Assembly: GCA_964541305.1 (NCBI GenBank)
Contig: CAZIPE010000001.1
Span: 12,138-76,137 of the forward strand
DNA length: 64,000 nucleotides
Reading direction: 5' to 3'
Source of the DNA: an uncultured Candidatus Saccharibacteria bacterium
GTDB lineage: Bacteria > Patescibacteriota > Saccharimonadia > Saccharimonadales > UBA7683
A model generated the notes under the pieces. It was not told where the DNA came from, did not search any database, and saw only the letters and a program-made list of their open reading frames with translations. Shown here in pieces: positions 8,518 through 19,900 of this stretch (positions are counted from its first letter, which is position 1; every line of letters begins with the position of its first letter). The translations under genes and the position numbers were made by a program.

Positions 8518-11500
8518 TTGAAAAAACAACTTAGACTAAAACTAACTAAGTCTCTACTTGCTGTAATTGCTATAGTAAGTATTCTTCCTATTGTTCAACC
8601 GGTCTTTGCCCTACCAGAACCCACCGTATCTACTGACCCCGCAACGAACATCACCACAACAACTGCTACTCTAAACGGTACCGTCTCCGATGCCGGTGAT
8701 AGCCCAGTTACTTCACGTGGCTTCAACTATGGAACAACAGATAGTTACGGAAGTATCGCAAATGAGGTGATTCCTGAGAGTTATGAATACGTCTCGCAGT
8801 GGGGCTCAGCAGCGACAAATGATGGCAAGCTAAGCGCTCCTGATTCTGTCGTTATTGATTCTGCCGGTAACCGGTATGTATCGGATACCGATAACCACCG
8901 CATCCAAAAATTCAACAGCAGCGGTGTCTATCAGTCACAGTTCGGGGGCCCCACATTCGGATCTGGCGATGGTGAATTTATTTCTCCAAAAGGTATGGCT
9001 ATCGATTCGGGTGGCAATCTGTATGTCGCAGATTCGGGTAACCACCGCATCCAAAAATTCAACAGCAGCGGTGTCTATCAGTCACAGTTCGGGGGCAGTG
9101 GTACTGGCGATGGCCAGCTCAATAGACCCGACTCTGTCGTAATTGATTCGACTGGCAACATTTACGTTGCAGATACTAATAATCACCGCATCCAAAAATT
9201 CAACAGCAGCGGTGTCTATCAGTCTCAGTTTGGCTCTTACGGCTTTGGCGACGGCCAGTTTTATGCTCCACGAGGTATCTCTTTTGATTCTAGCAATAAT
9301 ATATATATCGTCGATTCAAACAACTCTCGCGTCCAAAAATTCAACAGTAGCGGCGTTTACCTATCCCAGTTTGGAGGCATTGGTTCGGGTGATGGCCAGT
9401 TTAACACTCCCTATGGCATAACTATAGATGCCAGTAACAATCTTTACGTTGCAGATACAAATAATCACCGCATCCAAAAATTCAACAGTAGCGGTGTCTA
9501 TCAGTCTCAGTTTGGCTCTATTGGCTCAGGTGATGGCCAGCTATTTCAACCTTCGGGCATTACGCTCGATACTGACGGTAGCTTTATGATTGCAGACACT
9601 GGAAACAACCGCATTCAGAAATTCAATAGCAGTGCCGTCTATCAGTCGAAATTCGGAATGAACTGCTCGGGTAATAGCCAGTTCAACTTCATTCAAGGCG
9701 TCGCAATCGACCCCGTCGGTGACGTATACGTCTCCGATGCCGACGACAAATGTGTCCAGAAATTCAACAGCACTGGCTTCTACCAGTCCCAGTTTGGCTC
9801 TTTTGGTACCCAAAATGGTCAACTTAACTTTCCTGGAAAAATTAATATAGACCCCAGTGGCAACATTTTTGTTGCTGATACGGTAAATAGTCGGGTCCAG
9901 AAATTCAATAGCAGCGGTGTCTACCAATCCCAATTTGGCGGTGGGGGCGCAGGTAATGGCCAGTTTACTAATCCCCGCGACCTCGCGTTTGACTCTTTTG
10001 GCAACATCTATGTTGTGGACAGTAGCAACCACCGTATTCAAAAATTCAATAGCAGCGGTGTCTACCAATCCCAGTTTGGCAGCCTAGGTTCTGGCGATGG
10101 CCAGTTTAATGGGCCAGTCGCTATCGCTGTAGATTCGTTCGATAATATCTATGTTGCAGATACAAATAATCACCGCATCCAAAAATTCAACAGCAGCGGT
10201 GTCTACCAGTCGAAATTCGGAAGTTACGGCTCTAGTAACGGCCAGTTTGCCGGTCCGAATGATCTCACATTTGACTCTCTCGGGAACATCTTTGTCCTCG
10301 ATACATATAACAACCGAGTCCAAAAATTCAACAGCAGTGGTGTCTATCTATTACAATTCGGTAGTGTCGGCTCTGGCAATGGCGAGTTTAGTCTGCCCCG
10401 AGCTATAGCTATCGATTCGAATGACACCATATACATAGGAGATACTCTTAATGAGCGCGTCCAAACATTCACTCAAGGCATGAACGAGGGAGCTTTTAGC
10501 ACTAACCTAACAAATCTGACCTGTGGAACAACCTACCATTATCAAGCCTATGCTAACAATAGCCATGGATCTACCCAAGCTATTGATGCTACCTTTTCCA
10601 CTGAAGCATGTGAACCAGGTCCCCCAACTAATCTTTCCGCTACTGCCAGCTCACCCTCGTCCATTAACATAACTTGGGACGAGCCCCAGGAGGCAGGGGA
10701 TTCTGCTATTTCCTACTATATAGTCTCCCTCAGGAAAGACGGAGATATTGACTGGGTATCTGCGCTGACGCCGGATAACAATACTACCTTTACTTGGATT
10801 GGTTTGGAGCCGGATACCCAGTACGAAATTAAAGTCAAGACTCGAAATACCAACGATTATATAAGTATATATTCAAATATAGTTACCGCGACTACCGATA
10901 TCTACGTAAATCCTACACCTGATCCACCAACTAACCTCCAGGCTACCATCGGCTCTTCAAGCACTATCAATGTGACGTGGAATGCGCCGGTAAACACTGG
11001 TGATTCACCGATTTCAAAATACTATATTTATTATCAAAAAGTGGGTGACGGTTCTTGGGGCAGCCTTGATCCAGATAATGACAACACATCTGCAACCATA
11101 TCGGGTTTACAACCGAGTACACAATACAACATTAAGGTGATTGCCAGAAATAGCAACAATAACGATAGTATCGACTCCGAAATTATTACCGCGACCACAG
11201 CTACTCCGGATTTTTATCTCATCACTGATTGTCAGCAGTTGCAGGATATTCAAAACGATCTTGTTGGAAACTATGAACTTGCGAGAGATATTGATTGTTC
11301 CGACAGCATCAATTGGAATGGTGGAAAAGGGTTTATACCAATAGGATCGCCGCTAACGGCCTCCCCGTTTTCCGGGATAATCGCAGGAAATAACTATACT
11401 ATTGAAGATCTATATATTAATCAAGATGGAGAGGAGTATGCTTTTGCAGCACTTTTTGGCGGTACTGATGGTGCTTTGATTCAAGACTTGCGTGTCGTCC

Positions 11501-13851
11501 GTCCTGTGATTTCTGCATTGAACTCATCTTTTAGTATTCCTGCGACTTTGACTGCATATGATGCCAGTACATCTTCCAAAACAACTACTTTTAACAATGT
11601 GCATATTGTTGATGCACACCTGGAGGGCGGAGGTGAGCTGATTACGGTAGCGGGTGGAATGGTGGGGCTTACTCAAAATTCAGGAACGGCAGCAGATAAC
11701 CTAAATGAGTTTCAGGGGACAATAGAACTTCATGGATCAATGGGCCAACTGGTGGTAGCTGGAGGCCTGTACGGTCAAATGGACGGCGGCATTCGGTCTG
11801 TTAATAATAGTTATGCAGTTGCTGATATTACTATCGAGAATACATTTTCAGGTTCAGGTGATTCATATAGTATAGCAGGGGGACTTCTCGGTGGGAATGG
11901 ATTAATTCAAAGGGAACCCACGCAATCAATATTTAATCACAGCTATGCTGCTGGCAGTATCTCTCACAATGGTGTTGATCCAAACGGCGGGATCGCGCTC
12001 GGGGGAACAACTGGATTAGTAACCAGGGATGGCTCTATAAGCAACACCTTTGCTCGTAACACCCTTACAAACACGCAATCTGATGCTACGGAGTTTGTTG
12101 GCGGTGTTGTCGCAGGCTTCTATGGTTCTGGGGATCGATCCTTTACCAACAACTACTTCGACGCCGACCAAGCCGGCACCACCGACTGCATCGATCCAGT
12201 CTTCGGCTCGATCTCCGGTTGCACCCCCATTCAAGGCCAACCCAACTACTTCTACAACAACACCACCAACGCCCCCCTCAACACTTGGGACTTCGACAAC
12301 ATCTGGAAGACTACCAGTACTCTCCCCGTTTTCGGAGAAAAAGTTCTGACTAGTATTACCGCCATCCCTGAATCGCGCCTCAACCCTGATCCAGTAACCC
12401 CACCAGCCGGCGGTGTCCCCGCCATCGCTGAACTGACTAAGAAACTAAAGGCCCCCACAGTCCTTACGCAACTGGCAGCTCAGGAGACCACCTCAGCTCC
12501 CAAAGAAGATACCGGCATCCTTGGTGCAATAAAACGTTTCTTCAAGAACATACCGGGGTCTGTCTTAGTCAGCTTCCCCTACATTCTGTTTGCTCTGCTT
12601 CTTCTGGCTGCTGGAGCTATGCTCGTTCAATTCCTCATTGGCTCCCGTAGACTTAAAGAGACTAAACTCCTCATTGCCAAACAAAAAGCCGTAGCCGAAG
12701 AACGAGACACCTTCTGGCACCTGGCTGCCAATTACCTCAGGGCTCCCATTACTCTCATGATCGGTGGCGTCGAGCTCCTGAGCACCGACAAAGATATTCG
12801 CTTGCCGGCTGTGGCTCAGCTGGAAGTCTTTGCTAAGAACTTACAAAAGAAAGTATTTGCCATTATGTCCCACATAGAACAAAGCCGCACGCTGCAGGAT
12901 ATCCATTGGCCTGAGCTGGAGAGCGGTGGCAGAGTCCTCACACAACTTAAGTTCTGGCTCCCGGTAGGCCTGGTTGCTTTCTTTGCCGTTTCCATGAACC
13001 TGGTCGCTAAGAACTACCGTAACCTCAGTGTGAGCACTACGAACCTGGCTATTCAGCTCCTTATCTTCATCCTAGTCTCAGTCTTGTTCTACTGGGTACT
13101 CAGTGCCCTGGGTCTCGTGAACCGAAAACGCAAACAAGCTCAGGCACTGCTGGAGCAGCAGTCAGCTACTCTCGATGATGCCCGTACCTACTTCATTGAG
13201 CAATCTGCTGCTACCCTCGACAAAGACCTATCTGACTTTGAAGCTCAACTCGACAGCATACCCAAGAAAGCTGCCTCGGTCGGTATTATCCATGAAGGCG
13301 CCCACCGTCTTAGAACCCTCATAGATAGCTTCGAGCTACTGGTCGCTGCCCAAAACAACAAACTAGACAACCTGTCTCCTGCCACGGCTCACACCCAGCT
13401 CAACACCATCTTCGACGGTGTCCTTGCCTCCCTGCAGCCCATTATTTCCCAGAAACAACTCAAGGTTGTCACTCCCAACCTCAACAACGTCACCCTCCCC
13501 GGTAACGCACTGTTACTTAACCAGGTCATTGGTAGTGTGGTCTCTAACGCTGTCGCCTTTAGCCCTTCTGGAAGTACCATACAACTTGATCTCAAACAAC
13601 ACAAAGACGGTACCCGTCTTAGTGTGACCAACCAAGGAGAGACCATTGATGAAGACCAGCTGTCTCATGTCTTTAGTCCTCTTACCAAAGCTGATGGCTA
13701 CGACGCCCTTCAACTTGACCACGGCGGCCTGGGGGTCAACCTCTACATAGACAGACTGATTATGCAGCACCTGGGAGGTGGCATAAGTGTGGCTTCAGAC
13801 GCGTCCAAAGGTACGACGCTTACTATGTTGTGGCCGAAAAATATAACATAG
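8518..13851 (+). CDS. Giant (1777 aa) membrane sensor histidine kinase with extracellular NHL-repeat propeller(s), FN3 domains and GLUG domain
   Basis: TTG start with AAGGGGAA SD. Signal peptide, then about 14 tandem NHL repeats (NHRIQKFNSSGVYQSQFG...) and 3 FN3-like modules (PPTNL..SxI.ItW). GLUG motifs (AGGLLGGNG..SYAAG). TM helices around aa 1320 and 1480-1540. H-box-like HLAANYLRAPI and HEGAHRLRTL. C-terminal HATPase_c with N, G1 and G2 boxes (NAVAFS, TNQGETID, GGLGVNLY). Confidence 0.85.
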   Translation: MKKQLRLKLTKSLLAVIAIVSILPIVQPVFALPEPTVSTDPATNITTTTATLNGTVSDAGDSPVTSRGFNYGTTDSYGSIANEVIPESYEYVSQWGSAATNDGKLSAPDSVVIDSAGNRYVSDTDNHRIQKFNSSGVYQSQFGGPTFGSGDGEFISPKGMAIDSGGNLYVADSGNHRIQKFNSSGVYQSQFGGSGTGDGQLNRPDSVVIDSTGNIYVADTNNHRIQKFNSSGVYQSQFGSYGFGDGQFYAPRGISFDSSNNIYIVDSNNSRVQKFNSSGVYLSQFGGIGSGDGQFNTPYGITIDASNNLYVADTNNHRIQKFNSSGVYQSQFGSIGSGDGQLFQPSGITLDTDGSFMIADTGNNRIQKFNSSAVYQSKFGMNCSGNSQFNFIQGVAIDPVGDVYVSDADDKCVQKFNSTGFYQSQFGSFGTQNGQLNFPGKINIDPSGNIFVADTVNSRVQKFNSSGVYQSQFGGGGAGNGQFTNPRDLAFDSFGNIYVVDSSNHRIQKFNSSGVYQSQFGSLGSGDGQFNGPVAIAVDSFDNIYVADTNNHRIQKFNSSGVYQSKFGSYGSSNGQFAGPNDLTFDSLGNIFVLDTYNNRVQKFNSSGVYLLQFGSVGSGNGEFSLPRAIAIDSNDTIYIGDTLNERVQTFTQGMNEGAFSTNLTNLTCGTTYHYQAYANNSHGSTQAIDATFSTEACEPGPPTNLSATASSPSSINITWDEPQEAGDSAISYYIVSLRKDGDIDWVSALTPDNNTTFTWIGLEPDTQYEIKVKTRNTNDYISIYSNIVTATTDIYVNPTPDPPTNLQATIGSSSTINVTWNAPVNTGDSPISKYYIYYQKVGDGSWGSLDPDNDNTSATISGLQPSTQYNIKVIARNSNNNDSIDSEIITATTATPDFYLITDCQQLQDIQNDLVGNYELARDIDCSDSINWNGGKGFIPIGSPLTASPFSGIIAGNNYTIEDLYINQDGEEYAFAALFGGTDGALIQDLRVVRPVISALNSSFSIPATLTAYDASTSSKTTTFNNVHIVDAHLEGGGELITVAGGMVGLTQNSGTAADNLNEFQGTIELHGSMGQLVVAGGLYGQMDGGIRSVNNSYAVADITIENTFSGSGDSYSIAGGLLGGNGLIQREPTQSIFNHSYAAGSISHNGVDPNGGIALGGTTGLVTRDGSISNTFARNTLTNTQSDATEFVGGVVAGFYGSGDRSFTNNYFDADQAGTTDCIDPVFGSISGCTPIQGQPNYFYNNTTNAPLNTWDFDNIWKTTSTLPVFGEKVLTSITAIPESRLNPDPVTPPAGGVPAIAELTKKLKAPTVLTQLAAQETTSAPKEDTGILGAIKRFFKNIPGSVLVSFPYILFALLLLAAGAMLVQFLIGSRRLKETKLLIAKQKAVAEERDTFWHLAANYLRAPITLMIGGVELLSTDKDIRLPAVAQLEVFAKNLQKKVFAIMSHIEQSRTLQDIHWPELESGGRVLTQLKFWLPVGLVAFFAVSMNLVAKNYRNLSVSTTNLAIQLLIFILVSVLFYWVLSALGLVNRKRKQAQALLEQQSATLDDARTYFIEQSAATLDKDLSDFEAQLDSIPKKAASVGIIHEGAHRLRTLIDSFELLVAAQNNKLDNLSPATAHTQLNTIFDGVLASLQPIISQKQLKVVTPNLNNVTLPGNALLLNQVIGSVVSNAVAFSPSGSTIQLDLKQHKDGTRLSVTNQGETIDEDQLSHVFSPLTKADGYDALQLDHGGLGVNLYIDRLIMQHLGGGISVASDASKGTTLTMLWPKNIT
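8880..10460 (+). repeat. Tandem ~120-126 bp DNA repeats encoding the NHL blades
   Basis: Near-identical segments caccgcatccaaaaattcaacagcagcggtgtctatcagtc recur about 14 times. They generate the spurious antisense ORFs in this region. Confidence 0.8.
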
Positions 13852-13890
13852 AATTACCAGTCATTTGCATAAGCATCATCTGATATTTCG

Positions 13891-13899
13891 TGCTACAAT
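13891..13899 (+). promoter_or_regulatory. Extended -10 TGcTACAAT 12 nt upstream of ATG (possible leaderless start)
   Basis: TGCTACAATAGA 12-mer shared with position 8468. No SD precedes the ATG at 13912. Confidence 0.3.
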
Positions 13900-13911
13900 A
13901 GAGCTTAAGTT

Positions 13912-16900
13912 ATGAGGGTAAAAAAAGACAGGAAGCTGGTATTTTTTAAACGTATACAAGACGTGTACGTCCGTTTGGGCTATTCATCTGTTAGTAAAGC
14001 CATAAAACGGTGGCTTCGGTTACCCGCTAAAGCTATCGCTGGAACCTTATTGACTGTGCACGGTTGGTTGCTACGGCATAGCCGAGTATATCGGGCGGTG
14101 AGTCGCTATGGCTCTCATCATCCCCGCCAGCGGATACTAGCCTCGTTTCTTACCGTACTTTTTGCTGGCTCTCTCCTCCTTCGTTTTGGGGCATATGCTT
14201 CAGACGTTAACAAGGTCTGGGACTTTTCGAATCCCACCGATTATTCTCTTGAGGACAGCGACAAACTCGAATATGAGGGTAGCTCTGTTCGCCTAAAGGC
14301 GCAAAATTACGCCACTGATTCAAATACAAAAGCTCTGTATCATCTTGATGAAGCCTCAGGAACGACGGTCGCGGATAGTTCAAGCAACTCCAATACCGCA
14401 ACCGCTACGAATCCAACTTGGGGAACGGGAAACCTCAATAATGCCCTCCAACTAAACGGCACCACAAGTCAGCTTAGTGCGGATGATTCAACCTCTCTTT
14501 CGCTTACTCAATCAAATACGCTGGAGGCCTGGACCAAATTCAATGACTCATTTACCGCAGGCAGTACTGCGGGCAGACAGTCGGTCATAGATAAAGGCCC
14601 CTATCAGCTGTATTATGATGACGAAACGGGCAAGGCTGTCTACGAGTTGCAAAACAGCTCGGCAACTAACTGGCAACAGCAAGCCGGCGGCGGCGTAAAC
14701 CGTAGCTGGGACCTTGATGGCAAAAACTCCGCCGATTCCTCAGTTGGAATCGGGAATGATCTCTACATAGGGACAGGTAGCTCTACGGCTGGTGACGCTG
14801 AAGTGTGGAAACTTTCAGCCGCTGGTGTGTGGACACAAATTGGCGGAGCAGGGCTCAATAATAGTTGGGCCGCCAACACCTTCGAGACTATTGCCTCTTT
14901 GGAAACTGATGGCACCAACCTGTATGCCGGTACCGGTCTATCGAGTGGAGATGGTGAGGTCTGGATGTGGAACGGTACCACTTGGTCACGCATAGGCGGT
15001 GATGCTATTAACTCAAGCTGGGCAGTTAACACCTATAACTCGGTTCTAAGTATGGATTACTTTGGCGGCAATCTTTACGCGGGTCTCGGTAGCGGTACGG
15101 GCGGAGGTGAGGTTTGGCGATATAACGGAAGCAGCTGGACCAAGATTGGTGGCGATGGACTCAGCAGTAGCTGGGCGGCTGCCTTTACCGTCAAGCGATT
15201 AGAAAATGATGGCACCAACCTGTACGCCGGTACCGGGAACACTGCCGGCATGGCGGACGTATGGCGCTGGAATGGTACCATTTGGGCCCAAATCGGTGGT
15301 GACGGAATCAATAGTAGCTGGGCGGCCAGTACCTACGAGGAAGTGCTTAGTTCATTCTATATGGGCTCCAACCTGTACATTGGGCTTGGCACCACAGCCG
15401 GTGACGCCGAGGTGTGGCGCTGGAGTGGAGGTGCCTGGACAAAACTTGCCAGCAGTGGTGTCGGCTTCCCTGCTGCGACCTACACCGGCGTGTATAGCCT
15501 AAGTGGTGATGGCACCAATCTCTATGCTGGGGTCGGCTCCGGAGTAAATCTCGGCGACGTCTGGAAATATAACGGTAGCACCTGGACTCAAGTTGGTAAT
15601 GATGGCCTCAATTCAAGTTGGACAGGAGGCAGATTAGTCTCCACCATGGCGTATGTCAACTCTAAATTATTTGCTCACAACACATTTAGTGCGGTCGCGA
15701 CCATACCGCTCTATTCATATAACGGTTCAGTCTGGCAACGCGAAGGAGGGCAGTATTTTGATGGCAGTTGGGGTTACACCGCTTTTAACGCCGTACAATC
15801 TATGACCACAAGCAGTGGTAAGCTGTATGCTGGCCTGACCTCGACCTATGGTGGAGCGATTGTATTTGAGTTTAATGGAGGTGTGTGGCAACAGATCGGT
15901 GGCAACCTAACAAATGGAAGTTGGGATCTCGGCACTTTTAATGCGATCGAGAGCATGACTTCATACAACGGTAATCTCGTTGTCGGTACGACTGGTACTG
16001 TTAATGGAGACGCCGAAGTGTGGTCGTGGGACGGCAGTACCTGGACTAAACTTGGTGGTGACGGCTTAAGTTCAAGCTGGAACGTCAGCTATAGTGCAAC
16101 GAAGAGCCTAGCGGTAAATGCGGGTATACTCTACGCCGGTGTGGGTTCCACCGGCAATAATGGTGGCATCTGGAAGTACGAAAGCGGCACCTGGGTTAAG
16201 ATTGGCGGCGACGGTACCAATGGAAGCTGGAACAACGTATTTCGCTATGTGACTTCGATGAACTTCTATAACGGTGAGTTGGTGGCTGGCGGTACAGGTA
16301 GTACTACATCCTCTGCTGAAGTTTGGAAGTGGAATGGATCTTCGTGGACAAAAATTGGCGGCGATGGTGTGGGCAGTAGCTGGAATGCCGCTAACTACTT
16401 GGAGGTTAATGCACTGGCAACCTATCAGGGTAAGCTGATTGCCGGGATTGGTGGATCAGCGGGCGATGGTGAGGTATGGCGATATGATGGCACGACCTGG
16501 ACATTGATTGGTGGCGATAGCGTCGACAGTAGTTGGGATGGCACTACTACTCACCGTCGGGTGGCCACATTAACTGTCTACAACGGCGATCTTTACGCGG
16601 GAACGAGCGGTTCAGCAGGCGATGGTGAGGCCTGGAGATATAACGGCTCTACGTGGTCCCAGGCTGGTGGTGACAGTATAAGTAGCAGTTGGACGAATGC
16701 AATTATTTCTGTGCGATCAATGGTGGTATATAAAGGGAAATTATACACTGGCTTAGGAGACAATATATCGTTACATCCATTAGTGTATTCACTTGGTAAT
16801 AACGGCTATTTGGAGTCAACAAATAGTTCCTACAATACCGATTGGCGACATATTGCTGCCACCTATGATGGTACAACTATGAAGCTTTACATTAATGGGC

Positions 16901-19900
16901 AGCTTGATGCTAGTACGGCCGTTTCGCTTTCTATGTCTGACACTTCCTCACCGCTGCTTATAGGTTCGGCACAAGGGCCGGTGACCGCCAGTAAGGGTAC
17001 TGGTAAATTTAAGGGTATGCTCGATGAAGTTCGCATTAGTAATTCTGCGCGGACCAACTTCACAACGACACCTTATACCAGCGAAAGAGTGTCTGCTCGG
17101 CTTGCTACGGCAGATTACACCTCCGGGATTGCCTCGTGGGATGATTATATTTCTTCCGAAACAACAAATGGCGGCACCCTCACCTATCGTCTCTCAGATG
17201 ATGACGGCACCACCTGGAAATTCTGGAATGGTTCTGCTTGGGCTGTCTCTGCTGATCTGAGCCAGGCCAATGGTGCGACTGACATTGGCGATCATATCGC
17301 CACTTTCCCAGTCTCTACTGGCGGCATAACCTGGCAAGCGGTGTTTGATGGTGATGGCAATCAGCGCGTACAGCTTAATTCGGTTTCGCTTGCAGCCACT
17401 GCAGATAACACCGCACCTGCAGCAAATGCATCGAGCATTGTAATGAAAACGAGTCCTTCCGGCCCTACGATCAATTCCGGACAATGGACAAATGCCCAGG
17501 AGCCGTACTTTTCGTGGACACCTGGGAACGATGCCCAATCTACCATTAAGGGTTACTGTCTCTATCTAGGTACATCTCAAAGTGATGACCCGGTAACTTC
17601 CAAGGGTCTGCTTGGCACAAGTCCTCTCGATACCGACGGTGAATGTCAATTCGCTGTTGCCGGAGACTCGGTAGATCTTTCCACATCAGGTTATCTCGGA
17701 AGCCCTCTCGTCAGTTCAAATTCAACTTACTATCTTAATGTTAAAGCCATAGATAATGCCGGTAATGTATTCACTGGTGCCAGTGAGAGTTTTGCGTTTA
17801 AATTCGACAATACCAATCCGACCAATCCTCTCTTTGTGTCTGCGCCCTCACAATTTGTGTCTAACAAGCAGGTTACAATTACCTGGCCAACTTCTAATGC
17901 CACCGCTGCAGACGATAATCATTCTGGTGTTGCAGGTCTGCAATACAAAATTGGCGCTGGTGGAACCTGGTATGGCGATGGGCATACAGGTGCTCAAGAT
18001 GTTACCGACCTTCTGGCAGACGACGGGAGTTACCAGACAATCGATCCAATCGACTTTAATGCATTGAGTGATGGAAATAACACCATCTACTTTAGAACTT
18101 ATGACAATGCCGGTAACTTTTCTGCTTCGACAGTGACAGGAGTGATTAAAATTAATACCACCTCACCTACTGGACCACAAAATGTGACTGCCACACCAGC
18201 TACCAATACCACAAATGCCTTTGCTTTCAGCTGGAGTCCGCCAGCTACATTTGGAGGTTCAGCAAGCAACTTGGAGTACTGCTACTCGATCAATACTCTT
18301 CCCTCTGTTAATACTTGTACGTATACCGACCCCGGCGTGACAAGTCTTGTTTCCGGAGCGTATGCAACTCAGCCTGGCGAAAACACTTTTTATGTTGTGG
18401 CTAAAGATGAAGCTGGAAATATTAATTACGCTACCACCAGCAGTGCTATATTTACTGCCAACACCTCTGCTCCTGGTATTGCTCTTAATCTGGATATCGT
18501 CGATATAAGTGTGAAATCGACTAATAATTGGCGTTTAGCACTATCATGGGACGAGCCGACCGATGCGGGAGCTGGAATAGCAAGCTATAAGGTATATCGT
18601 TCTGCTGATAATATAACGTTTACCAACGTTGCCTCGACCGCTGGAACCAGCTATGTTGACGGCGGACTCTCTCAGCAACCGTATTACTACAAGGTTCGAG
18701 CCTGCGATTCTGCGAATAATTGCGGTGCTTATACGAGTGCCGTAGACGAAACACCAACCGGAAAGTACACGACTGCTGCAAATAGTACCAGTGCGCCGGA
18801 AGTATCAAGTGTCAGTACGCGTAAAGCAACCATTAGTTGGTCTACGGATCGTCAAAGTGATAGCCGCATTCAATATGGCATAAAGAGTGGTCAGTATTTC
18901 GCTACCGAAGCTGCCATATCTGATCAAGTCACCGACCATGAAGTACTCCTTAATAATCTGAGCGCTGGCACCACCTATTATTACAAAGCTAAATGGACAG
19001 ATGAAGATGGAAATACGGGACAATCGGCAGAGCTTAGCTTTAAAACAGCACCAGCCCCAGTCGTAAAAGAGGTCACTTCAGAACCATCCTTGTCAGATGC
19101 AGATATTAACTTCACCTCCAAAGATGCCGCAAAAGTGAAGATATACTTTGGTAAGTCAGAAAGCTTTGGAGGCCTCACCACCCTAAACACGTCGTTGGCT
19201 GAATCGAAATACGGCACCACGCTTACGGGCTTGGACGACGGAAGTAAGTATTTCTTTAAACTCAATACTCTCGACAGCGATGGTAATGAATACGAAGGAA
19301 ATGTCTATTCTTTTACCACTCCCCCACGTCCTCGCATTACGAATTTACGATTCCAACCTGTAAAAGACCAGCCCAGTAGCACCCAGAGAGTAACCTGGAA
19401 TACCAACGTTCCTTCGAGTAGTGAAATTACCTACGGCGTTCGTCGACCTACGCAGTCGCTCTCGCAATCTAAGCTCACCACTGAGCATGAGATAACAATT
19501 AAGGGTCTATCTGATGACAGTGACTACGTTTTAATAGCCCGGTCGCGTGATGCCAGCGGTAATGTTGCCACCTCCGATCAGCAAAGCTTTAAAACCGCTC
19601 TCGATACCCGCCCGCCGAAAATTGCCGATATTACGGTCGATACCTCAATACGCGGTACCGGGGCTGAAGCGCGCGGTCAGGTGGTTATTAGCTGGAAGAC
19701 AGATGAACCAGCCACCAGTCAGGTTGCTTACGGTGAAGGATCATCCGGTTTTCTCTCGAGTGTCAGCAGCGAGGATGCCAAGTTAACTACCGACCATGTT
19801 GTAGTGGTATCAGATCTTTCAACCTCACGTGTCTACCATTTCGAAGCACGATCATTTGACCGGGCTCGGAATGAGGCCAAGGGTGATCAACAAGTTGCCA

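Noticed and set aside
8855-10408. Cluster of plus/minus ORFs (8855..9142, 9143..9421, 9541..10068, 10084..10323, 10151..10408) and a superficially CRISPR-like periodicity
   Set aside because: They lie inside the giant NHL-kinase gene in other frames or on the other strand. The periodic DNA repeats are ~120-126 bp coding repeats for NHL blades. They are not 28-37 bp repeats with unique spacers, and no cas genes are present.
14207-19786. Multiple 60-115-aa ORFs antisense or out of frame within the 2020-aa surface-protein gene (e.g. 14763..15032, 15075..15311, 17194..17538, 18981..19265)
   Set aside because: They are fully embedded in a long, internally repetitive, well-supported CDS. Their products are Pro/Ala/Ser-rich and low complexity, typical of antisense artefacts.
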